Shown: positions 1-8,642, numbered from the stretch's first letter. The stretch is 25,422 bases of DNA from a virus (IMGVR_UViG_3300021964_000470:1-25422); one strand, 5' to 3'. Numbers and translations: made by a program. Notes: a model not told the origin generated them from the letters alone.

Positions 1-2
1 AG

Positions 3-251
3 TCGATGAAACTTTATCAGGAGATGTTGGATGATGGAATTGCTAAAGAGTGTGCTCGGTTTGTTTTACCTCTTGCTTGTCCCACTCGTCTTTATATGTC
101 TGGCTCTCTCCGTTCCTGGTTGCACTATATTGACCTGAGATCTGCCAATGGAACTCAGAGGGAACACATGGACATTGCCCTTGAATGTAAGCGTATCTTT
201 ACCGAACAGTTCCCAGTGATTGCTGAGGCTGCTTGGGGAGAAACTAAATAG
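3..251 (+). CDS. thyX: Flavin-dependent thymidylate synthase ThyX, C-terminal part (5' truncated by window)
   Basis: [12 protein letters not shown]...[17 protein letters not shown] matches the ThyX C-terminus. The position upstream of phoH is typical of cyanomyoviruses. Confidence 0.9.
   Translation, partial: SMKLYQEMLDDGIAKECARFVLPLACPTRLYMSGSLRSWLHYIDLRSANGTQREHMDIALECKRIFTEQFPVIAEAAWGETK
243..250 (+). promoter_or_regulatory. Putative gp55-dependent late promoter (ACTAAATA)
   Basis: Variant of T4 TATAAATA overlapping the thyX end, about 20 nt before the next start. The same motif recurs ahead of several late genes. Confidence 0.5.
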
Positions 252-270
252 AAAACCTGGAGGAATTATT

Positions 271-522
271 TTGGCAACATACCCTGTGAGAAATAAGGAG
301 ACTGGCGAGCACAAGGAAGTCGTCATGTCTATCAATGATTGGGACCAATGGAAAATTGACAACCCAGAGTGGGAAAGGTATTACGATGCCACCAACTCTC
401 CTTGCTTGGGAGTTGAGATGGGCGATCCCTTCAGCAAAATGTACACCAAACACCCAGGATGGAAAGATGTAATCAGTAAGGCAAAGAAACAACCAGGAAG
501 TACACTCAAACACTACGACTAA
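271..522 (+). CDS. Conserved cyanophage hypothetical protein (thyX-phoH linker gene)
   Basis: Likely TTG start at 271 after SD GGAGGA (259-264), giving MATYPVRNKETGE...W.DVISKAKKQPGS. The ORF-track start at 220 overlaps thyX and is less likely. Confidence 0.75.
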   Translation: MATYPVRNKETGEHKEVVMSINDWDQWKIDNPEWERYYDATNSPCLGVEMGDPFSKMYTKHPGWKDVISKAKKQPGSTLKHYD

Positions 523-525
523 TCA

Positions 526-1287
526 ATGCCAAGAAAAGCAAAAGCAGGTATCACAACCAACCCTGTCCCTTTCGGTATGAGTAACAAAACAATGAAGAGA
601 AAGAAGCCAATCAATCTTGATTACATGAAAAAGATTGAACCGCTTACTGAAAATCAAGAGAAGTATTTCGAGAGTTATAAGTTAGACAAAAACCTGATTG
701 CTTACGGGTGTGCAGGAACAGGTAAGACATTCATCACGCTTTACAATGCAATCAAAGAGGTCCTGGACCCCAAGTCCCCTTACGAAAAGATTTATATCGT
801 TAGGTCTCTTGTCGCTACCCGTGAAATTGGTTTTCTTCCTGGTGATCATGAAGACAAATCTTCACTTTATCAGATTCCCTACAAGAATATGGTAAAGTAT
901 ATGTTCGAGATGCCTGATGACGCAGCGTTCGAAATGCTGTATAATAATCTGAAGGCACAAGGAACGATTAGTTTCTGGAGCACCTCGTTCATTCGTGGTA
1001 CCACCTTCGACAATGCTATCATCATTGTGGATGAGTTCCAAAATCTAAACTTCCACGAACTTGATTCCATCATCACCCGAATCGGTATTGATTCTAAGAT
1101 CATGTTCTGCGGTGACGCAACTCAAACAGACTTGGTAAAGCAGACAGAAAAGACAGGCATCATGGACTTCATGAGAATTATCCAAGCAATGCCTTCCTTT
1201 GATGTTGTTGAGTTCCAAGCAGAGGACATCTGCAGAAGTGGTTTGGTGAAGGAATACATCATGGCTAAATTACAACTCGGTTTATGA
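526..1287 (+). CDS. phoH: PhoH-family ATPase
   Basis: Walker A GCAGTGKT plus REIGFLPG, FIRGTTF, IIVDEFQN, CGDATQTDL and DICRSGLV motifs. Confidence 0.95.
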   Translation: MPRKAKAGITTNPVPFGMSNKTMKRKKPINLDYMKKIEPLTENQEKYFESYKLDKNLIAYGCAGTGKTFITLYNAIKEVLDPKSPYEKIYIVRSLVATREIGFLPGDHEDKSSLYQIPYKNMVKYMFEMPDDAAFEMLYNNLKAQGTISFWSTSFIRGTTFDNAIIIVDEFQNLNFHELDSIITRIGIDSKIMFCGDATQTDLVKQTEKTGIMDFMRIIQAMPSFDVVEFQAEDICRSGLVKEYIMAKLQLGL

Positions 1288-1952
1288 CCTTCAAACACGT
1301 TGACATTGACATCCCAGAACTGGATCGGCAGACCATCGATGGGGTCCGTTATTATGATGCTCCCGATGGACAGAAGTTAGTTTCTGTCACCTCTGTGATC
1401 AGTCACATCAAGCGGGAGTTCTTCCGTAAGTGGCGTGAGCGTGTTGGTGAAGAGGAAGCAAATAAGATTACCAAGAAAGCAACCAGTCGCGGGACTGATA
1501 TGCACACCTTGGCTGAGAATTATCTTCTGAATCAGGAACTGCCTGAGGTTCAACCTCTTTCGCAGTTCCTTTTCAGTCAAGCAAAACCAAAGTTGGATGA
1601 GATTGATAACATCCATGCCATTGAGAAGTCTCTTTACAGTCTGCAACTTGGTATTGCTGGAACCGTGGACTGCATTGCAGAACACAATGGTGAACTTGCG
1701 ATTATTGACTTCAAGACATCCAAGAAACCAAAACCTCGTGAGTGGATTGATGATTACTTTGTCCAGTGTGCAGCGTATGCCTGTATGCTTTTCGAATTAA
1801 CTGGTATAATCGTTAAGAAGTTTGTTATTATCATGTCCTGTGAGGACGGAGAGTGCGTGGTTTATGAAGAGCGAGACAAAGGGAAGTACATCCAACTTCT
1901 CGACAAGTATATTAGAGAGTTTGTTGAGTTTAAGTTGCGAGAGTATGCCTGA
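1284..1952 (+). CDS. PD-(D/E)XK exonuclease (cyanophage exonuclease)
   Basis: SVTSV, RGTDMH, IAGTVDCIAE, IIDFKTS and YFVQCAAYA motifs. ATGA overlap with phoH. Confidence 0.85.
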   Translation: MTFKHVDIDIPELDRQTIDGVRYYDAPDGQKLVSVTSVISHIKREFFRKWRERVGEEEANKITKKATSRGTDMHTLAENYLLNQELPEVQPLSQFLFSQAKPKLDEIDNIHAIEKSLYSLQLGIAGTVDCIAEHNGELAIIDFKTSKKPKPREWIDDYFVQCAAYACMLFELTGIIVKKFVIIMSCEDGECVVYEERDKGKYIQLLDKYIREFVEFKLREYA

Positions 1953-2208
1953 AGAACAAAACCTAGAAGAACTCTTTGAGAACAAGTTTTATTGTTCCAA
2001 GAGATTCACAGAAGAGATCGAAAGGATTGCTCACGCTGATGGTGGTATGAGTTATATTGATGCGATTGTATTTTTCTGCGAGAAGAATAACGTCGAGGTG
2101 GAATCAGTTCCCAAACTCATTTCTAAACCATTGAAGGAGAAACTGAAGGCAGAGGCACAGACTCTGAACCTTTTGCGTCGCACATCTCACGCAAAGTTGC
2201 CCCTGTGA
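1945..2208 (+). CDS. gp33: Late transcription co-activator gp33
   Basis: F..EIE...MSYIDAIVFFCEKNNVEVESVPKLISKPLKEKLKAEA..LNLL. ATG at 1945 overlapping the exonuclease end is preferred over 1822. Syntenic with gp59. Confidence 0.88.
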   Translation: MPEEQNLEELFENKFYCSKRFTEEIERIAHADGGMSYIDAIVFFCEKNNVEVESVPKLISKPLKEKLKAEAQTLNLLRRTSHAKLPL

Positions 2209-2813
2209 TTCCTAAAGTGTCTCCCTTCGATGCCTACAAGCAATATCTCTCGCTCAAGAATCACTTTACAAAACAAAAGTATGACTACCACAAGTACTGT
2301 GGTAAGTCTCGTGCAACAATAAACTCTTTCTACAAACGCAAGGATCGTTTCTGGTTTGAGAAACTGAGTCGTCAGAAAGATGACAAGGAAGTTGTAGATT
2401 TCTTTGTTTCCAACTTTGTTTCTTGCACTGACCCCCAGACTCTGTGGATTGGGGAGATGATTCGGTCTGGCGAAACAAACTTCACAGAGTGGAAGAAGCG
2501 CATTCAGTCGCTGTCTTATCACTTCAAACAAGAAACTTCTGATCTGTTTGAAGGTAAGAATTTTGATTCTGTTTTTTCCATTGACGGGACAAAACATCCT
2601 GTTATAATAAGAGAACACCTGCAGGAAAACATCTCTCTGGAGACTTTAATTCTGTTGGAAAAGATCTTAGGGTTCAAGAAGAACTTCGATAAGAAACTCC
2701 AAGATCCTGTGTGGGAATTTCTCTCGATGCGAATGGAAAAGTATTCTCCATTCCTAAATATCGATGTATTCCATTATAAAAAGATCCTTAAGGAGGTCGT
2801 GCTGACACAATGA
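2205..2813 (+). CDS. gp59: Helicase loader gp59
   Basis: YLSLKNHFT..KYDYHKY.GK..A...SFYKRKDR.WFEKLSR signature, within the gp33-gp59-gp32 order. Confidence 0.92.
   Translation: MIPKVSPFDAYKQYLSLKNHFTKQKYDYHKYCGKSRATINSFYKRKDRFWFEKLSRQKDDKEVVDFFVSNFVSCTDPQTLWIGEMIRSGETNFTEWKKRIQSLSYHFKQETSDLFEGKNFDSVFSIDGTKHPVIIREHLQENISLETLILLEKILGFKKNFDKKLQDPVWEFLSMRMEKYSPFLNIDVFHYKKILKEVVLTQ
2754..2760 (+). promoter_or_regulatory. Possible late promoter CTAAATA inside gp59
   Basis: Same motif as the other putative late promoters, 50 nt before the next ORF. It lies in coding sequence and could be chance. Confidence 0.3.
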
Positions 2814-3142
2814 CATTTTTTGAATCCGACATCGTACAACAAGAGATGGAGGAGATCGCAAGACTTCAAGAGGAGATCTATGGAATGGTATTCAAATTCC
2901 CTTCCATGGATAAAGAGGAGAAGATGAAGCACGTTGAGTTGCTGAGTAATCTCCTGAAAAAACAGCAAGTCCTTTACACAAGGATGAGTCTGTCTGATGA
3001 CCCTGAAGCAAAGTCAATGAAGGAAAACATCATGAGGTCTGCACAAGACCTTGGTTTCCCTCCCGATGTTGACATTGCTTATGTCTTCAACAACATGACG
3101 AAAGTCTTGGATGAAATGAGAGGATCAATTGAGCGATCCTAA
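2810..3142 (+). CDS. Conserved cyanophage/cyanobacterial helical protein (DUF1825-like)
   Basis: FFESDIVQQEM..I..LQ...L..LL.KQ...YTRMSLSDDPEA pattern. Sits between gp59 and gp32 as in cyanomyoviruses. Confidence 0.75.
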   Translation: MTFFESDIVQQEMEEIARLQEEIYGMVFKFPSMDKEEKMKHVELLSNLLKKQQVLYTRMSLSDDPEAKSMKENIMRSAQDLGFPPDVDIAYVFNNMTKVLDEMRGSIERS

Positions 3143-3157
3143 CCTTTGTGACATAAT
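3129..3157 (+). promoter_or_regulatory. Sigma70-type promoter for gp32
   Basis: TTGAGC (3129-3134), 17-nt spacer, CATAAT (3152-3157), with an extended -10 TG at 3149-3150. Confidence 0.55.
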
Positions 3158-3200
3158 AATGGAGTACACAAAGGCCAAATCTTAACTAATAGGTACACAC

Positions 3201-4124
3201 ATGTCGTTTTCTAATCTGAAAAAGCAATCCTCTCTCGGTTCACTGACCGCCAAACTGGTCAAGGAGGTCGAGAAGACTAACAACCCACAAAGTTCGTCTG
3301 GGGCAGACGAGCGTCTCTGGAAACCCGAAATGGACAAGACTGGCAACGGGTTTGCCGTCATCCGTTTCTTGCCCGCACCTAACGGTGAAGACCTCCCCTG
3401 GGCAAAGGTATGGAGCCATGCCTTCCAAGGTCCTGGTGGTTGGTACATTGAGAACTCTCTGACCACGCTGGGTCAAAAGGATCCACTGGCAGAATACAAC
3501 CGCGAACTGTGGAACTCTGGACTGGACTCTGATAAAGAGATCGCTCGCAAGCAGAAGCGTAAGTTGTCTTATTATGCCAACATCTATGTTGTGAAGGATC
3601 CTGCCAACCCACAGCACGAAGGTAAAGTCTTCCTGTTCAAGTTTGGTAAGAAGATCTTTGACAAGATCATGGAGGCAATGCAGCCTGAGTTTGATGATGA
3701 AACTCCCATCAACCCCTTCGACTTCTGGCAGGGTGCCAACTTCAAACTGAAGATCGTGAAGAAGGATGGTTACTGGAACTACGATAAGTCTGAGTTCGCA
3801 TCCGCTGGTCCTCTGCTTGAAGATGATGATGCTCTGGAAGCACTGTGGAACAAAGAGTATTCCCTGACTGCTTTCACTGAAGCATCCAACTTCAAGTCTT
3901 ATGAAGACCTGGAGCGTCGTTTGAATGCTGTCCTGAACCGCAACGTCACTGCACCTGTCCGTCAGGAAGTGACTCCTGCTGAACTTGAGGAGCGTTCTTA
4001 TCAACCCACCTTTGAGAAGAAGGTTGAGGTTGAAGACGACAGTGACTATGGTGTTCCTCAGACATCACTCGCTGACACTGAGGACGATGCACTAAGTTAC
4101 TTCGCTAAGTTGGCTGAATCCTGA
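3201..4124 (+). CDS. gp32: Single-stranded DNA-binding protein gp32
   Basis: DERLWKP..DKTGNGFAVIRFLPA, HAFQGPGGWYIENSLTT, GANFKLK and NYDKSEF motifs, with an acidic C-tail. Confidence 0.97.
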   Translation: MSFSNLKKQSSLGSLTAKLVKEVEKTNNPQSSSGADERLWKPEMDKTGNGFAVIRFLPAPNGEDLPWAKVWSHAFQGPGGWYIENSLTTLGQKDPLAEYNRELWNSGLDSDKEIARKQKRKLSYYANIYVVKDPANPQHEGKVFLFKFGKKIFDKIMEAMQPEFDDETPINPFDFWQGANFKLKIVKKDGYWNYDKSEFASAGPLLEDDDALEALWNKEYSLTAFTEASNFKSYEDLERRLNAVLNRNVTAPVRQEVTPAELEERSYQPTFEKKVEVEDDSDYGVPQTSLADTEDDALSYFAKLAES

Positions 4125-4146
4125 GGGAAAATCAGCTTTTGATTTC

Positions 4147-4181
4147 AAAATAGCCCAGATATTTTTTCTGGGCATTTTTTG
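4147..4181. terminator. Bidirectional intrinsic terminator between convergent gp32 and gp53
   Basis: Stem GCCCAGA (4153-4159) / TCTGGGC (4167-4173), flanked by AAAATA on the left and ATTTTTT on the right. Confidence 0.75.
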
Positions 4182-4196
4182 TGCCTATTACTTTTT

Positions 4197-4865
4197 CTAC
4201 GTGTATAATCTGATGTTATCTCCGCGTGTAACTGATGAAGAGACGTACTGTGTCGATCCTTGTTGATAAGGCATAATCTGCTCAAGGTTGTCAATAACCA
4301 AACCGACGTATTCTTCCTTGATCACATAAATGTTTCTTCTGTTATTTTGGATCTTTTCCTCATAATCATAGTTTGTTACTGCATAAGTGAAAGCGGTGGA
4401 AGTTCTCTCTTCTCCTATTCCACTGTCATACCAGTCAACTGAGATATCCTGTGGAACTTCGAGTCCACCAGGGAAAACAACTCTTCCGACGGAATCCTTG
4501 ATTTCATCACTTTCGTAATGATGGACTGCATGGATGTTTTCTTCAGATCCGTACTTTGAGACCAAATAGTTCTGGAATGACTGTTGGTCCAAAGGCCACT
4601 CTTCTACCTGATTGATCACATTGTTGGAAAGAAGCACCAACCAGTCAAGATCGGAATTATTGTAGATTTTGTTTGCAACCTCATCTGGACGCTCATCGCC
4701 AATAATCTTATATTTGCTGAAATATGCCAGATTACCAAAAATGTCAGGACGAATGATTCCACGCTTAAAGAGGTTCTTGACCTCAACGTAATCATTGATC
4801 TTTTTTGCATCAGTCAGGCGACTGACGTATTCAAAGTTAGGAACGTAATCGAAATACTGTGCCAT
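4197..4865 (-). CDS. gp53: Baseplate wedge protein gp53
   Basis: YF..VPNFEY, Y.I.GDERPD.VA..IY....LDWLVLLSNN.....EWP and HHYES motifs. Confidence 0.88.
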   Translation of the reverse strand: MAQYFDYVPNFEYVSRLTDAKKINDYVEVKNLFKRGIIRPDIFGNLAYFSKYKIIGDERPDEVANKIYNNSDLDWLVLLSNNVINQVEEWPLDQQSFQNYLVSKYGSEENIHAVHHYESDEIKDSVGRVVFPGGLEVPQDISVDWYDSGIGEERTSTAFTYAVTNYDYEEKIQNNRRNIYVIKEEYVGLVIDNLEQIMPYQQGSTQYVSSSVTRGDNIRLYT

Positions 4866-4868
4866 TGG

Positions 4869-6308
4869 TTAGAACCCCATGTCGTCTGATTCGGTGTCAA
4901 AGTCTTTATCATAAAGTGGTTCAAGTTCTTTGAATGCCAGAGAAATTTGGTAGGTTGGCATCGATCCATCCTCCCCATAAGTCATATATTCAGTTGGATT
5001 GCCGTATCTGACATTAAAACTTGTCAGAGCAGTTGGTTTGAATTTGTGCAAGAATGGGTGTTGTCCACTATCTTGGTAAACATACTGAAGTTGGAAAATG
5101 TCAGGAGTGTAAAGAAATGCCTCTGAACCCGATTTTCTTGGGTTCATACTCTTCTTGAAGAACTTGATGATTCTCTTAATTACCAATGCTTCTTCACTAC
5201 TACGAGGTGTCAGTTTGAATGTGAAAGCGAAGTTTCTAAGTGTTGGTGACTTGAAGAACAACTCCAAGTTTGGGTTAGCAATTGAACCAGTCAATCGTCT
5301 TCTGAGGTTCTTACCAATTGCTTGCCCAGCAAAGTATGCCTTGAGGTAGTTTGTTGTGTTGACATCTCCCAATGCATTATCCGCTGAGTCACGAAGAGAT
5401 CTGATTCCTTCTTTTGCCATTCCAACCACGTTTGTTGGATTGTCAGAACCAATGTCGATCATTCTGAAAGCAGCATCACCAAATGCCGCTTCAATGAAGT
5501 TCAGAGTTTCTCCTTCATACTCAACAACGTTCTTTTCTTCCAATCCTGCCTGAAGGGGAAGAAGAACACTTCCAAGTGATGGTCCGAGCCTGTCCGAGGC
5601 AGTGCCGCCGATGGCACTTCCTGGAACATAATTTCCATCTCTTGCTCCTCTTGCCTTATATTTGTGAGCAGTGATTTTCAAGAAGTCTCCAGGAAACTGG
5701 GGGTTATAGTTGACAGGGTATCTCATACTTTGGAACCCACCGCTTCTCGCTGCTCTCCCTTGAGGAAGATCGACGGTTCCTTCCGTGTCCTGACCTGCAA
5801 TAGAACCAACTTTTAGTTGATCATTAGGAAATGCATATGTTCCAAACTGACTTGGAACTCCATTATTCAGTGATTGTGGAGGAAGACCAAAAGGATTTCC
5901 GTCTGTGAATGTTCCGTCGTTATTGACAACCTGACCAGTTACTGGATTTTGGAGTCCAGGAATTCCATTCTTAAAAAATTGTGTTCTGTTATTTTCTGCA
6001 GCAGTCAGATTAGAATAGTTTGTATTGTCATTCAGAACAGAGGCACGGTCGAGGTTGAAAAGAGGTCTTCCTTCGTTGTAGAATGTCTTTTCGAATTCTG
6101 TGGTTGTCAGTTGTGCTGAATATCTTGCTCTGTTGTTGTAAAGTCTGGTGAAAAGTTCTGTGTCTTCGATTTCCCAGTCAGAATTACTGGATGAGGCAAG
6201 CAATGACCCACCAGTGGAATTGAGTTCAATCTTCCCAGTCTCAGTGTAGGTAACTTCGTCTACCTTAAGACCATTCCATATTCTCGATGATTGAATACTC
6301 GTTGCCAT
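4869..6308 (-). CDS. gp48: Baseplate tail-tube cap gp48
   Basis: RYP, NPNLELFFKSPTLRNFAFTFKLTPRS..EA..I..II.FFK and L.FKELEP motifs. The N-terminal region is extended. Confidence 0.88.
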   Translation of the reverse strand: MATSIQSSRIWNGLKVDEVTYTETGKIELNSTGGSLLASSSNSDWEIEDTELFTRLYNNRARYSAQLTTTEFEKTFYNEGRPLFNLDRASVLNDNTNYSNLTAAENNRTQFFKNGIPGLQNPVTGQVVNNDGTFTDGNPFGLPPQSLNNGVPSQFGTYAFPNDQLKVGSIAGQDTEGTVDLPQGRAARSGGFQSMRYPVNYNPQFPGDFLKITAHKYKARGARDGNYVPGSAIGGTASDRLGPSLGSVLLPLQAGLEEKNVVEYEGETLNFIEAAFGDAAFRMIDIGSDNPTNVVGMAKEGIRSLRDSADNALGDVNTTNYLKAYFAGQAIGKNLRRRLTGSIANPNLELFFKSPTLRNFAFTFKLTPRSSEEALVIKRIIKFFKKSMNPRKSGSEAFLYTPDIFQLQYVYQDSGQHPFLHKFKPTALTSFNVRYGNPTEYMTYGEDGSMPTYQISLAFKELEPLYDKDFDTESDDMGF

Positions 6309-6325
6309 TTATAAAAACTGGTCTT

Positions 6326-6727
6326 TTAGTTATTTAGAACGAATTTCTGATATGGAATGGATCTTGCTTCTTCCAGTTCGTTAGGATAAATGAGATAAAG
6401 ATAACTTCCGAGTTCTTCCCAAGTGTAATTGTGAAAATCACCCCAGTGATAATTCAGTCCTCTGAATCCCCATTTGAAAACACCAGTGCAGGCAATTAGA
6501 GGAAACTCATCATACCGAATGTCTTTTGTTTTTGCCTTGTATATAAAGGTATAATATCTCCCAACACTAGGTGCCACTTCAAACTCATCAAGTACTTCCA
6601 AAAGAGCAGTCATCATATCATCAGCATCGCCCATATTGGCAATGTCATTTGCAGCACCACCAGCGAGTCTGTCGTTATCGCTTTTTAGGTAGTCTTCTTG
6701 TTTTAGAGTTTCGACGTTTTGTGCCAT
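6326..6727 (-). CDS. gp2-like DNA end protector domain protein (short form)
   Basis: GRYYTFIYKAK...YDEFPLI...GFRGLNYHW resembles the T4 gp2 core as I recall it. It lies next to gp4, near where gene 2 is in T4. Confidence 0.55.
   Translation of the reverse strand: MAQNVETLKQEDYLKSDNDRLAGGAANDIANMGDADDMMTALLEVLDEFEVAPSVGRYYTFIYKAKTKDIRYDEFPLIACTGVFKWGFRGLNYHWGDFHNYTWEELGSYLYLIYPNELEEARSIPYQKFVLNN
6331..6337 (-). promoter_or_regulatory. Putative late promoter CTAAATA for gp48-gp53
   Basis: TATTTAG on + reads CTAAATA(ACT) on -, about 22 nt upstream of the gp48 ATG. Confidence 0.55.
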
Positions 6728-7187
6728 AAGGTTTTATCCCGAGGTCATCTTCTGTTAGGATCTTGAATTCAACCCCATTATCTTTACAGAACTCTGCCGC
6801 ATACTTCCATTTGGCTTCATTCTTGGCATAAGTCTTTGCCTCATTGATATAAGTTTTTGTCACTTTACCACTTGCAGGTTTTGTGGGAGGAGAACACTGC
6901 TTTTTTGGTTTGATTTCGATCAGATACTTCTTGATCTCACCATTGGGACGTTTCATCTCAACGAGAGCATCAGGATAGTAACGATGAACTCTGCCGTCAA
7001 TTGGATTCACATATGGTATGCTAAACTCTTCAGCCGCATACTTTAGAACACTATCATTACGATCACACCATTGGAAAAAGTGTAACTCCCAAGAACTTCT
7101 GTAAATGATGTTGTCAGCATCACCTTGATACTTCTCAGGATGTTGTGGATGAAACCTGCCCTGATGCCATTTCGCGTCCTTAGGCAT
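6675..7187 (-). CDS. gp4: Head completion nuclease gp4 (TnsA-like)
   Basis: G.F.P..P.KY.GD..NIIYRSSWE, HRYYPD, IEIKP..Q, N.AKW..A and FKILTE motifs. Confidence 0.92.
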   Translation of the reverse strand: MPKDAKWHQGRFHPQHPEKYQGDADNIIYRSSWELHFFQWCDRNDSVLKYAAEEFSIPYVNPIDGRVHRYYPDALVEMKRPNGEIKKYLIEIKPKKQCSPPTKPASGKVTKTYINEAKTYAKNEAKWKYAAEFCKDNGVEFKILTEDDLGIKPYGTKRRNSKTRRLPKKR

Positions 7188-7192
7188 AACCC

Positions 7193-7200
7193 ACTAAATA
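7193..7200 (+). promoter_or_regulatory. Putative late promoter ACTAAATA for the + strand tail block
   Basis: Intergenic, 25 nt before the ATG at 7226. Confidence 0.6.
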
Positions 7201-7216
7201 ACAATATAAGTATCCA

Positions 7217-7224
7217 TATTTATA
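7217..7224 (-). promoter_or_regulatory. Late promoter TATAAATA for the gp4 operon
   Basis: TATTTATA on + is a perfect T4 late consensus on -, about 30 nt upstream of the gp4 ATG. Confidence 0.7.
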
Positions 7225-7225
7225 A

Positions 7226-7900
7226 ATGGCATCCACAGGATCTGGTGCGCCAACTCCACGCAGAATCGGAACCACTGAACTTACAAGTCGGTTTCTAAAC
7301 CTTGCACAAACATCTGTTTATACAGTTAAGATTCAGCCTCCTGCTCAGGTTGCTTCTTATCTGAATGAAAGAGGTGTCAGTTATGCAGCAGATGGTGAGG
7401 GGATCGAACTGCAGTGTACTCAAACTTTTCTACCAGGTCACAAACTGAGCACAATCGACGTTGCCAATGATTACATCGGTGTCTCTGAGAAGATGGCATA
7501 CAGACAAGCATACGATGAGGCGATTAGCTTTACCTTCAACGTAAATTACAGATATGATGTTGTTCAGTTCTTTGAGGGATGGATTGATTTCATCGCTGGA
7601 AGAAACGGTCGTGAACAGAATGCATATGTTGATAGATATGCAAATTACAGAATGAATTATCCAGAGTCATATCGCTCTGATAATGTTTACATCACAAAGT
7701 TCGAGAAGAATGTCGATCACCTGAACAGAACACTGGGTCTTGGTGACACTCCTTCTTATAGACTTGATTACACCTTTGTCGGTGCTTTCCCACTGGCAAT
7801 CATTCCTGCTCAAATATCGTATAATCAAAGTCAGATACTGTCTTACACAGTTAGAATGGATTACATTCGTTACGTTTGTGAACGAAGTGTTATCGGCTAA
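7226..7900 (+). CDS. Tail tube-like / baseplate tail-tube initiator (gp54/gp19 fold)
   Basis: C....LPG..LST, I.FTF.V......V.FFEGW.DFI and Y.F..AFP..I....SY motifs typical of the gp19/gp54 fold. Directly upstream of gp26. Confidence 0.7.
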   Translation: MASTGSGAPTPRRIGTTELTSRFLNLAQTSVYTVKIQPPAQVASYLNERGVSYAADGEGIELQCTQTFLPGHKLSTIDVANDYIGVSEKMAYRQAYDEAISFTFNVNYRYDVVQFFEGWIDFIAGRNGREQNAYVDRYANYRMNYPESYRSDNVYITKFEKNVDHLNRTLGLGDTPSYRLDYTFVGAFPLAIIPAQISYNQSQILSYTVRMDYIRYVCERSVIG

Positions 7901-7903
7901 ATA
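7897..7903 (+). promoter_or_regulatory. Putative late promoter CTAAATA for gp26
   Basis: Overlaps the TAA of the upstream gene. CTAAATAACTCA is identical to the motif at 18822. Confidence 0.6.
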
Positions 7904-7922
7904 ACTCACCTGATCTTACATA

Positions 7923-8642
7923 ATGCCTTTACCAACAATTGCAACTCCTTCTTATGAGTTGAAACTGCCTTCGACAAAGAAGACAATCAAATATCGTCCC
8001 TTCCTGGTGAAGGAAGAGAAACTTCTGGTTCTTGCTTTGGAGACACAAGACACAAAGCAAATCACAACTGCGATTAAGCAAGTTCTGAAAGGTTGCATTC
8101 AGACCAGAGGTGTAAAGGTTGAAACACTTCCAACCTTTGATATTGAATATCTGTTCCTCAACATTCGTGCAAAGTCTGTTGGTGAAGTTGTGGATGTTAC
8201 CATCACGGCTCCTGATGATGGTGTGACTCCGATTGATATTAGTTTGGACATTGAAGAGATTGAAGTCCAAGAGAGTGAAGATCACGATAAGAGAATTCGT
8301 TTGGATGACACTCTGATGATGGATATGAAGTATCCGTCACTGGATCAGTTCATCAAGAACAACTTTGATTTTGGTGGTGATGCCACACTGGATCAGTCAT
8401 TTGAACTGATTGCCTCTTGTATTGATAAGATTTACAATGAGGATGAAGTTTGGGCAGCAGCAGACTGCACCAAGAAAGAGTTGGTTGAGTTCTTAGAACA
8501 AATGAACTCCTCACAGTTCAAGCAGATTGAGAAGTTCTTCGACACAATGCCGAAACTGACTCACAATGTTGAGGTAACAAATCCGAAGACTGGTGTGAAG
8601 AGTACTGTCGTTTTGGAGGGTTTGCAGTCTTTTTTCGCATAG
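7923..8642 (+). CDS. gp26: Baseplate hub assembly protein gp26
   Basis: MPLP.I..P.Y.L.LPST...IKYRPFLVKEEK.L, FDIEYLFL.IRAKSVGE, MKYP, FF.TMP and LEGL.SFF motifs. Confidence 0.92.
   Translation: MPLPTIATPSYELKLPSTKKTIKYRPFLVKEEKLLVLALETQDTKQITTAIKQVLKGCIQTRGVKVETLPTFDIEYLFLNIRAKSVGEVVDVTITAPDDGVTPIDISLDIEEIEVQESEDHDKRIRLDDTLMMDMKYPSLDQFIKNNFDFGGDATLDQSFELIASCIDKIYNEDEVWAAADCTKKELVEFLEQMNSSQFKQIEKFFDTMPKLTHNVEVTNPKTGVKSTVVLEGLQSFFA

Noticed and set aside
440-525. Pho box upstream of phoH
   Set aside because: No convincing tandem direct repeat with 11-nt period. phoH starts 3 nt after the upstream stop and appears co-transcribed.
1822-1944. N-terminal extension of gp33 in the ORF track
   Set aside because: It overlaps the exonuclease by over 120 nt and is S/L-rich shadow sequence. 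The ATG at 1945 gives a normal-sized gp33.
1284-1952. Cas4-like nuclease suggesting a CRISPR-related system
   Set aside because: It lacks the C-terminal Fe-S cysteine cluster of Cas4, I saw no repeat-spacer array in the window, and it is a core cyanophage gene in its usual position.
3240-4004. 254-aa antisense ORF opposite gp32, and similar antisense ORFs (e.g. 14434-15021, 11553-12098, 9233-9613)
   Set aside because: They lie entirely opposite well-supported genes, show no recognisable motifs, and are expected by-products of codon bias.
6675-7187. TnsA-like endonuclease as a transposon or homing element
   Set aside because: Motifs and synteny identify it as core gp4. No terminal repeats or transposase partners are present.
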